A stretch of DNA of 12,670 bases, from positions 1 to 12,670 of the IMG/VR virus record IMGVR_UViG_2711768058_000009; one strand, given 5' to 3'. Below the pieces are notes generated by a model. That model saw nothing but the letters and a program-made list of their open reading frames with translations, was not told the DNA's origin and searched no databases. Both the position numbers and the translations under genes were made by a program. Shown piece by piece: positions 7,320 to 12,670 of this stretch (position 1 is its first letter; each line of letters begins with the position of its first letter). Source of the stretch: a virus (lineage: Duplodnaviria > Heunggongvirae > Uroviricota > Caudoviricetes).

Positions 7320-8333
7320 ATGGCCGCATTACCATACATGCAACTGTACATAGCTGATTACCTGGCTGACACCATGCATTTGTCCGCAGAGGAGCACGGC
7401 GCGTATTTGTTGCTGATGTTCAATTACTGGCAAACAGGGAAACCAATACCAAAAAACAGACTGGCAAAAATCGCCCGTCTGACTAACGAGCGATGGGCTG
7501 ATGTAGAACCATCCTTGCGGGAGTTTTTTTGCGATAACGGCGACGAATGGGTGCATCTTCGGGTTGAGGAAGATTTGGCATCAGTCAGGGAAAAATTAAC
7601 CAAAAAATCGGCCGCAGGAAAAGCATCTGTTCAGGCCAGAAGAAACAGAAAGGAAGCAGATGTTAAAACAAAACACGAGGGAAATTTAACAGGTGTTCAA
7701 ACAGATGTTGGAGTGGCGTTTGAACATTATGCCAACACAAAGGCAACTAATAAAGATACAGATCTAAAAGAATTAAACCCCACACATAACGCGCACGTGC
7801 GCGAGAGTATTCCGACCAGTGAGTTGAATGGTGCGCCGTTGCAGACAGCTGCTCCCGAATACCTGGACGGACTTAGCGAACCCATCGGAAAATTTCCGAT
7901 GACTGGTGACTGGCATCCGTCGCCGGATTTTCGACGACGGGCGGCGCTGTGGGGAGTGGCTCAGCCGGAGCCAGAATTTACACCTGCTGAACTTGCCGCC
8001 TTCCGGGACTACTGGGCAGCGGAGGGGAAAGTTTTTACGCAGGTTCAGTGGGAGCAGAAATTCGCCCGTCACGTAAATCACGTCAGGGCGCAGGTTAAAC
8101 CAGTCAGTAAGGGGGTAAACCATGCGGCAGCAGCATCTGGAACCGCATCACGGGCAGTTCAGGAAATTCGGGCAGCACGTGAACAGTGGGAGCGGGAAAA
8201 CGGATTTGTCAGCGACGGAAACGGCGTGGAAGCTGTGGGAACTCATGGGGGAGGTTTATTCAAACCGCTGGACCCGGAAGAACGGTTCCGCACCTCCGAA
8301 GCTCTGGATTGCCCAGATTGGCGCGATGACTGA
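7320..8333 (+). CDS. DUF1376 (YdaU-like) replication initiation protein, O-protein analogue, 337 aa from the ATG at 7320
   Basis: N-terminal signature LYIADYLADTMHLSAEEHGAYLLLMFNYW fits the DUF1376 pattern. GAGG 6 nt upstream of the ATG at 7320; the track ORF starts at an upstream TTG. Sits in the O position before a P-like gene. Confidence 0.75.
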   Translation: MAALPYMQLYIADYLADTMHLSAEEHGAYLLLMFNYWQTGKPIPKNRLAKIARLTNERWADVEPSLREFFCDNGDEWVHLRVEEDLASVREKLTKKSAAGKASVQARRNRKEADVKTKHEGNLTGVQTDVGVAFEHYANTKATNKDTDLKELNPTHNAHVRESIPTSELNGAPLQTAAPEYLDGLSEPIGKFPMTGDWHPSPDFRRRAALWGVAQPEPEFTPAELAAFRDYWAAEGKVFTQVQWEQKFARHVNHVRAQVKPVSKGVNHAAAASGTASRAVQEIRAAREQWERENGFVSDGNGVEAVGTHGGGLFKPLDPEERFRTSEALDCPDWRDD

Positions 8334-8787
8334 GCAGCAAATCCGGCAGGTCTGTCGGCAGTGCATGGACCGTTGCCGGGCGGGTGAAACATGGCCTCCT
8401 GACCTGGCTGAGTTTGTGGCGCTGATTTCGGAAAGCGGAGCCAATCCATTTGGTCTTACGGTGGATGCCGTGATGGAAGAGTACCGGCGCTGGCGCAATG
8501 AATCCTGGCGGTACGACGGGAGTGATAAATACCCGTGGCCACAGCCTGTGCTGTACCACATTTGCCTCGAGATGCGCACCAGAGGGATTGAACGTCAGAT
8601 GACTGAAAGTGAGCTGAAACGACTTGCAGAACGACTGTTGGCCAAATGGGCAAAGAATGTTGGTAACGGCATGAGTGTTCCGCCAGTGCGACGACAACTG
8701 GAAGGGCCAAAACACCCGCCAGGGCCAACGCCAATTGAGTTACTGAAACAGGAATATGAGCGCCGGAAAGCGGCTGGTTTTGTCTGA
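8122..8787 (+). CDS. Lambda replication protein P-like helicase loader, 221 aa
   Basis: Clear similarity to the lambda P central and C-terminal region (…YPWPQPVLYHICLEMRTRGIERQMTESELKRLAERLL… versus lambda …YPWKSNAHYWLVTNLYQNMRANALTDAELRRKAADEL…). Strong RBS AAGGGGG 6 nt upstream of the ATG at 8122. Overlaps the 3' end of the upstream gene by 212 nt in another frame; alternative starts are 8245 and 8326. Confidence 0.7.
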   Translation: MRQQHLEPHHGQFRKFGQHVNSGSGKTDLSATETAWKLWELMGEVYSNRWTRKNGSAPPKLWIAQIGAMTEQQIRQVCRQCMDRCRAGETWPPDLAEFVALISESGANPFGLTVDAVMEEYRRWRNESWRYDGSDKYPWPQPVLYHICLEMRTRGIERQMTESELKRLAERLLAKWAKNVGNGMSVPPVRRQLEGPKHPPGPTPIELLKQEYERRKAAGFV

Positions 8788-8820
8788 ATTTGAGAAATGA
8801 TTTTGTCGGAGGAAATTTTA

Positions 8821-9534
8821 ATGGAAACCGTTTTTGACGCACTGAAAGCACTGAAAAGAGCCTCTTCACAGGAGGTGTCGGCCCGCCTTGGAATCAGCCG
8901 CGAAGATGCTGTCAACGAGCTGTGGAAGCTGAAACGCCGTGGTGAAGCAGATAACAAGGGGTCGATGTGGTGGCTGACGATTGAGGCAACTGAAGCGGCC
9001 ACAAAAACCACTGCAGAGATGCTGATTAACGCGATTGAACAGCATGGTCCTCAGTCGGCTGACGAACTGGCGTTAATGTTCGGGATTACCTCCCGCCGGG
9101 CGAATTCATCACTGGCGATGGCAATCAGCAAAGGTCGTCTGATTCGCGTTAATCAGGACGGTAAATATCGTTACTGCATACCGGGCGATAATTTACCGAC
9201 AGAGCCGAAAGCTGCATCGGTAACGGAAACCGATGGTAAAGCCTTTCCTCAGCCAGCAGGTGTTGCGTTACCAGTCCGGGAAGCGGAAACACAGGAAGAA
9301 ATTAAAACTGAAAGTGTGGCGGTCACAGTGCAGTCACAGCCGTCGTTCACCAGAAAGCATCCGGATAGTCTGATTTTACCATCGCTGCATGTGGCTAACC
9401 GCGAACTGCGCCGGGCAAAAGGTCAGGTTCAGAAGTGGGAGCGAGTCTGTGCTGCGCTGCGTGAGCTGAACAAGCACCAGGATATTGTTCGACAGATTAC
9501 TGATTCATCCTGTTGTGTTACATCAGAAAAGTGA
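8821..9534 (+). CDS. Hypothetical prophage protein with two tandem winged-helix-like segments and a C-terminal coiled coil (possibly DUF1627-like), 237 aa
   Basis: GGAGG 8 nt upstream of the ATG at 8821. Internal duplication of an HTH-like segment. Family assignment is tentative. Confidence 0.7.
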   Translation: METVFDALKALKRASSQEVSARLGISREDAVNELWKLKRRGEADNKGSMWWLTIEATEAATKTTAEMLINAIEQHGPQSADELALMFGITSRRANSSLAMAISKGRLIRVNQDGKYRYCIPGDNLPTEPKAASVTETDGKAFPQPAGVALPVREAETQEEIKTESVAVTVQSQPSFTRKHPDSLILPSLHVANRELRRAKGQVQKWERVCAALRELNKHQDIVRQITDSSCCVTSEK

Positions 9535-9549
9535 TTGCAGGGGACGCTG

Positions 9550-10053
9550 ATGGCAAGAGTATTTACACCAGAAGAGCGGGAAAAAATTAAGGGGCAGGTT
9601 GTTGAACTCGTACGCCAGAGCGGTCGCGAGACGTTACGGCAACTGGAAGCTAAAACAGGTGCAACAAGATATCTGATGAGCGTTCTCGCCAGAGAGCTGG
9701 TTGCCAGTGGTGATGTATACAACTCTGGCTACGGGTTATTTCCGTCTGAACAGGCTCGTAAAGACTGGCAAAACGCCCGCAAAAAACTTTCAAGGGCAAA
9801 GGTGAAGAAACCGGCTGTGGTTGATCCGGACCTTATCTGGTCATTACCAGACGGAGAAATACGCCGCTACGACAGGCGCCTGAACATAATCTGTCGCGAG
9901 TGCCGGAATAGTGAAGTTATGCAGCGAGTGCTGGCGTTTTATCAGGGGGTGGGGTCAGGAGGTGGTGCTGTGAGTGAAATTAGCTATCAGGCTTCAATTG
10001 CCGCTGGCATTCGCATCAAAGGAGAGGAGCATGGAAATAAAACCAGAAGATGA
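9550..10053 (+). CDS. Hypothetical protein, 167 aa, with an N-terminal winged-helix-like segment
   Basis: AGGGGA upstream of the ATG at 9550. Tightly packed after the preceding gene. Confidence 0.65.
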   Translation: MARVFTPEEREKIKGQVVELVRQSGRETLRQLEAKTGATRYLMSVLARELVASGDVYNSGYGLFPSEQARKDWQNARKKLSRAKVKKPAVVDPDLIWSLPDGEIRRYDRRLNIICRECRNSEVMQRVLAFYQGVGSGGGAVSEISYQASIAAGIRIKGEEHGNKTRR

Positions 10054-10387
10054 GTTAAGTAATATTGTTTTATTTCCTGTAAAAGAGGATGACCCGCGTA
10101 ATCAGGTTAATTTTATTTATGAGCCATCGGAAAGACCATACTGCCATCACGCCTCTGTCCGGGTTGATGAAAAAGAGCGTCAGGTCCGGTGCAAAATATG
10201 CGGTGCGGTGGTGGAACCATTTGACTGGATGCTCTCTGTGGCGAAAAGAGAAACCAGACTGGCGGATGATGTAAAGCTATTGAGGCAGGAGGAACGGGAA
10301 AGGCGGAAAAATATAGAAAAGCTAATCCAGATTGAGCGTAACGCGAAAGCGCGGATACGCAGGGCGACAAAATCCAGAACTGAATAA
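10031..10387 (+). CDS. Hypothetical zinc-ribbon-like (C-HH…CxxC) protein with a basic coiled-coil tail, 118 aa
   Basis: GGAGAGGAG 3 nt upstream of the ATG at 10031. Overlaps the end of the upstream gene by 23 nt. Contains CHH…CKICG. Confidence 0.6.
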   Translation: MEIKPEDELSNIVLFPVKEDDPRNQVNFIYEPSERPYCHHASVRVDEKERQVRCKICGAVVEPFDWMLSVAKRETRLADDVKLLRQEERERRKNIEKLIQIERNAKARIRRATKSRTE

Positions 10388-10415
10388 TTAAATTTAGCTC
10401 TGTTAAAAATTTAAT
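10387..10415. repeat. AT-rich inverted repeat ATTAAATTT-N11-AAATTTAAT immediately after a stop codon
   Basis: Read directly from the sequence; 9-bp arms. The stem is all A/T, so it is more likely a protein-binding site than a terminator. Confidence 0.45.
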
Positions 10416-10451
10416 CCTTAACCGGAGGGATTTCTGCACTCTCAGAACATC

Positions 10452-10480
10452 AGGAGGCCGCCCGAAAGGGCGGTAGTTAA
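10452..10480 (+). promoter_or_regulatory. Structured translation-initiation region: AGGAGG, then a 6-bp GC stem with a GAAA tetraloop, then 7 nt to the ATG
   Basis: AGGAGG at 10452-10457. Stem CCGCCC/GGGCGG with GAAA loop at 10458-10473. ATG at 10481. The hairpin would shorten the effective distance between the Shine-Dalgarno sequence and the start codon. Confidence 0.45.
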
Positions 10481-10663
10481 ATGCGAAAGTTTAAAATAAT
10501 TATTGAAACGGGAATAGCCGGTGGAGATTTCGAGGATGAATTCGAAGTGGATGATGATGCGACGCCTGATGAAATACATGACGAAGCAAAAGATATTTTC
10601 TTTAACTACTGCAATTACTCATATTACGAAATAAAAGACGAAGAGGAAGAGCAAAATGGCTGA
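10481..10663 (+). CDS. Very acidic small protein, 60 aa (about 20 D/E versus 5 K/R)
   Basis: ORF MRKFKIIIETGIAGGDFEDEFEVDDDATPDE… Stop overlaps the start of the next small ORF (ATGGCTGA). Confidence 0.5.
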   Translation: MRKFKIIIETGIAGGDFEDEFEVDDDATPDEIHDEAKDIFFNYCNYSYYEIKDEEEEQNG

Positions 10664-10832
10664 TTTTGGTTCAACTAAATACAACGTCAGTTTTGAAGCA
10701 TGGCATGAACTGTTAATGGACTATGCAGAGTTACGTGGTGGCAGTGCTGCTGATGCTGAAGCATGGCGTGATGATTATGAAGCAGGAAAAACTCCGGTCG
10801 AAGCATATTGTGATGAGTGGGGCGATGAATGA
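10656..10832 (+). CDS. Acidic small protein, 58 aa
   Basis: Not in the ORF track (under 60 aa). MADFGSTKYNVSFEAWHELLMDYAELRGG… Start overlaps the upstream stop, and its own stop overlaps the ATG at 10829, so three genes are coupled. Confidence 0.45.
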   Translation: MADFGSTKYNVSFEAWHELLMDYAELRGGSAADAEAWRDDYEAGKTPVEAYCDEWGDE

Positions 10833-11344
10833 GCGAGATTAATTATCAGGAAGGGCATGAAACGGCAGGGCAGGCAAAACCAGTTGCATGGCGATATCGC
10901 TACGTGAAAAAAGACGTTACAGACTTTCAGGGGAAGCCGTGGGCTGGTGACTGGAAATATGTACCGACAAAAGAGGATTGTAACGACAGGCCGAACTATG
11001 AAATTCAGGCCTTATTCATCGGCCCGCCAGTCACGGTGACATCAGAAGGACTGGTTAAAGCCGTGCGCTTTTATGAACAGGTAAAGCGTGAGAATCCGCC
11101 AGTCGAAACAGGAGCATGGAAGGATGCTGTTGACTGGGTGCTCAGAGAGGCCTGCTGCGCTGCCATTCTGGGTAAAGCCGACAATCCACCAGCATCCGGC
11201 AATCAGGTTAGCGAATTAACAATGTGGGTTAAACGACTGGTCAGTCAACTGAAAAAAGCTCAGCCGGACTGCAAATTACCGGAGAAGGCGATGGATTACC
11301 TGAAACGAAATGGACTGATAAGCGTGGAGGATGTTTTACGATGA
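10829..11344 (+). CDS. Hypothetical prophage protein, 171 aa
   Basis: Clean ORF, translationally coupled to the upstream small genes. No family recognised with confidence. Confidence 0.7.
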   Translation: MSEINYQEGHETAGQAKPVAWRYRYVKKDVTDFQGKPWAGDWKYVPTKEDCNDRPNYEIQALFIGPPVTVTSEGLVKAVRFYEQVKRENPPVETGAWKDAVDWVLREACCAAILGKADNPPASGNQVSELTMWVKRLVSQLKKAQPDCKLPEKAMDYLKRNGLISVEDVLR

Positions 11345-11390
11345 ATATTTAGACTAAAGAGTTTGTAACGCTATGTAAGTGATTTTTTCT

Positions 11391-11424
11391 GGTTTAGATA
11401 TTTATATGTCCGGCCAAATTGAGG
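11391..11424. repeat. Copy A of an imperfect direct repeat of about 35 bp (GGTTTAG…ATATTTA…TGTCCGGCCAAA)
   Basis: Aligns with 11662-11697 (GGTTTAG…ATATTTA…TGTGCCGGACAAA). Sits upstream of the small membrane ORF. Confidence 0.4.
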
Positions 11425-11464
11425 TGTGTTTAAATGTTATTGCACATTGATTGTAGGGGGAATA

Positions 11465-11644
11465 ATGAAAAACGCATTGCAGTTTTTGTTTGTTGCGTTC
11501 TGGTTGTTCGCATCATGTATGCCCATCATCTTCACAGCAAGGTATATGGAAAAAATTGATGTTTTGATATTAATGTTTGGACATATAAATGCCCTTTTTT
11601 TAGGGGTGTTCATGGCGGTCATGTGCATTGAATACTGGCGGTAA
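11465..11644 (+). CDS. Small hydrophobic membrane peptide, 59 aa, about 2 transmembrane helices
   Basis: GGGGG 4 nt upstream of the ATG at 11465. Very AT-rich. Sequence MKNALQFLFVAFWLFASCMPIIF…LFLGVFMAVMCIEYWR. Flanked by the direct repeats. Confidence 0.45.
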   Translation: MKNALQFLFVAFWLFASCMPIIFTARYMEKIDVLILMFGHINALFLGVFMAVMCIEYWR

Positions 11645-11661
11645 ATACAGCGAACGCCATT

Positions 11662-11697
11662 GGTTTAGTTGGATATTTACTGTGCCGGACAAAAACG
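11662..11697. repeat. Copy B of the direct repeat of about 35 bp, upstream of the hok locus
   Basis: Aligned by eye to copy A at about 70% identity with one 3-4 nt indel. Confidence 0.4.
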
Positions 11698-11698
11698 G

Positions 11699-11727
11699 TT
11701 TGCGGGGAAATCTTAGTTAAGTAGAAT
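11699..11727 (+). promoter_or_regulatory. Candidate promoter for the hok mRNA (weak -35 TTTGCG, 17-nt spacer, -10 TAGAAT)
   Basis: -10 TAGAAT at 11722-11727 is a 5/6 match to consensus. Position is appropriate for a long hok leader. Confidence 0.3.
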
Positions 11728-11789
11728 AACTGCGGGTGCTTGAGGCTATCTGTCTCAGGCATGAACACCAAAAGGCAGATAGAGAAAAG

Positions 11790-11855
11790 CCCCAGTTAAC
11801 ATTACGCGTCCTGCAAGACGCTTAACATTAATCTGAGGCCATATCTATGCGACAC
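11790..11855 (-). ncRNA. Predicted Sok-like antisense RNA; extent approximate
   Basis: Minus-strand promoter TTGACC (plus 11884-11889) -16- GCTAAT (plus 11862-11867) would fire leftward across the leader ORF's RBS and ATG (11835-11849), as in canonical hok/sok loci. Confidence 0.3.
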
Positions 11856-11906
11856 ATAGAGATTAGCCTCTTACGGACCGAAAGGTCAAGGAGAAGCAGG
11901 CTATGA
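11847..11906 (+). CDS. Short mok-like leader ORF, 19 codons, ending in an ATGA overlap with the hok start
   Basis: GAGG 8 nt upstream of the ATG at 11847. Stop TGA at 11904-11906 overlaps the hok ATG at 11903-11905. No long mok frame with an ATG/GTG/TTG start was found overlapping hok. Confidence 0.35.
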   Translation: MRHIEISLLRTERSRRSRL

Positions 11907-12058
11907 AGCAGCAAAAGGCGATGTTAATCGCCCTGATCGTCATCTGTTTAACCGTCATAGTGACGGCACTGGTAACGAGGAAAGACCTCTGCGAGGTACG
12001 AATCCGAACCGGCCAGACGGAGGTCGCTGTCTTCACAGCTTACGAACCTGAGGAGTAA
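11903..12058 (+). CDS. hok: Hok/Gef-family type I toxin, 51 aa (HokD/RelF-like membrane peptide)
   Basis: Translation MKQQKAMLIALIVICLTVIVTALVTRKDLCEVRIRTGQTEVAVFTAYEPEE is a hallmark Hok-family sequence, with an upstream leader ORF and antisense promoter. Confidence 0.9.
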   Translation: MKQQKAMLIALIVICLTVIVTALVTRKDLCEVRIRTGQTEVAVFTAYEPEE

Positions 12059-12066
12059 GAGACCAG

Positions 12067-12088
12067 GCGGGGGAGAAATCTCCCGCCA
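12067..12088 (+). other. GC-rich hairpin at the 3' end of the hok mRNA (GGCGGGGGAG…TCTCCCGCC)
   Basis: Stem of about 9 bp with no following U-tract. Hok mRNAs carry 3' structures involved in fold-back inhibition. Confidence 0.4.
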
Positions 12089-12225
12089 CCTCTGATGTGT
12101 CAGGCATCCTCAACGCACCCGCGCTTAACCCGCTTCGTCGGGTTTTGTTTTTTCCTGGCATTCTGGTTTACAATTCGCACGTCAGCCTGAACAACTGGCA
12201 CCTGCTGCGCCAGCAGAGAAAACCG

Positions 12226-12504
12226 ATGGCGCACGATACCAAGTTACACAATTCTGATAATTCAGCTGTCTTTGCCAGCAGGCACGGGCGGCGTTCCCGC
12301 ACATTCAAATCTGACTGGTTCCAGCATGACCCATGCACAGAAGAACAGGCCGAATGGTTAATTCAGTGCTACCGCAGGCGCGGATACGAGTTTCAGAAAG
12401 ACCTCAGCCTCGACCGACTGCACTGGATAATCTCTGTGAGGCTCCCTTACTCCGAGCGCCCACCGCGTCCATCCCGCACATTCCAGCAACGTATCTGGAG
12501 GTAA
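12226..12504 (+). CDS. Hypothetical protein, 92 aa from the ATG at 12226 (track ORF starts at a GTG at 12097); weak call
   Basis: Its stop TAA at 12502-12504 sits between a GGAGG and the GTG start of the next ORF, suggesting coupling. Composition is Arg/Pro-rich and the RBS is weak. Confidence 0.3.
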   Translation: MAHDTKLHNSDNSAVFASRHGRRSRTFKSDWFQHDPCTEEQAEWLIQCYRRRGYEFQKDLSLDRLHWIISVRLPYSERPPRPSRTFQQRIWR

Positions 12505-12505
12505 C

Positions 12506-12670
12506 GTGCGGGTATTACTTCGACCTGTTCTTGTGCCAGAACTCGGGCTGGTGATCGTTAAGCCGGGCCATGAATCCATGCCGGTATTCCAAAATACCCG
12601 GGTACTGGTGGAGCCGGAACCGAAAAGCATGCGTAATCTGCCGTCCGGGGTCGTTCCTGCCGTTCGCCAG
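12506..12670 (+). CDS. 5' part of a hypothetical protein that continues beyond the window (MRVLLRPVLVPELGLVIVKPGHESMPVFQ…)
   Basis: GGAGG 4 nt upstream of the GTG at 12506. Frame is open for 55 codons to the window edge. The frame is also open upstream, so the start is uncertain. Confidence 0.4.
   Translation, partial: MRVLLRPVLVPELGLVIVKPGHESMPVFQNTRVLVEPEPKSMRNLPSGVVPAVRQ

Noticed and set aside
6847-8123. Minus-strand track ORFs 6847..7071, 6893..7150, 7329..7556 and 7773..8123
   Set aside because: Antisense shadows within the YdaT-like and DUF1376 genes.
8155-8180. Walker-A-like SGSGKT in the N-terminal part of the P-like ORF
   Set aside because: Does not fit GxxxxGK[ST] spacing; lambda P-type loaders are not ATPases. 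Treated as coincidence.
8243-9722. Minus-strand track ORFs 8243..8449, 8256..8579, 8260..8715, 8456..8869, 8595..9011 and 9429..9722
   Set aside because: GC-rich antisense frames overlapping well-supported plus-strand genes; Arg/Pro/Ser-rich translations.
10089-10439. Track ORFs 10089..10274 (+) and 10113..10439 (-)
   Set aside because: Embedded in or antisense to the zinc-ribbon gene; no RBS.
11426-11628. GTG start at 11426 for the membrane peptide, and antisense ORF 11437..11628
   Set aside because: The GTG has only 1 nt between the GAGG and the start; the ATG at 11465 with GGGGG upstream is preferred. The antisense ORF is a shadow of an AT-rich gene.
11860-12051. Long mok-like frame (+1) overlapping hok
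   Set aside because: Frame is open but has no ATG/GTG/TTG start codon, so only the 19-codon leader ORF is called.
12333-12630. Track ORFs 12333..12554 (+) and 12358..12630 (-)
   Set aside because: GC-rich alternative frames with junk-like translations; the frame starting at 12506 with a GGAGG is favoured.
1-12670. CRISPR arrays, tRNA/rRNA genes, IS elements or transposases
   Set aside because: No regular repeat-spacer arrays, no cloverleaf-like tRNA candidates, no terminal inverted repeats flanking a transposase-like ORF were seen.

Overview
This window looks like the left arm and early region of a Rac-type lambdoid prophage of an enterobacterium, read from sequence alone with no database search. 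Leftward (minus strand): a complete tyrosine integrase, an excisionase-like gene, an 814-aa protein with a C-terminal DEDDh 3'-5' exonuclease domain, several tiny coupled ORFs, a structured non-coding stretch, and a helix-turn-helix repressor with no autocleavage domain. Rightward (plus strand): a Cro-like gene, a YdaT-like gene, a DUF1376 (YdaU-like) replication protein, a lambda-P-like helicase loader, three putative DNA-binding proteins, a cluster of small accessory genes, a Hok-family type I toxin locus, and a GC-rich two-gene unit that runs off the window. No tRNA, rRNA, CRISPR array or transposase was seen. The strongest candidates for something undescribed are the exonuclease fusion protein sitting alone in the recombination slot, the pair of tiny very acidic proteins behind an unusual ribosome-binding hairpin, and a three-helix membrane protein gene lying antisense inside a leftward ORF. 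All family assignments are from recalled motifs and gene order, so they are hypotheses to test.
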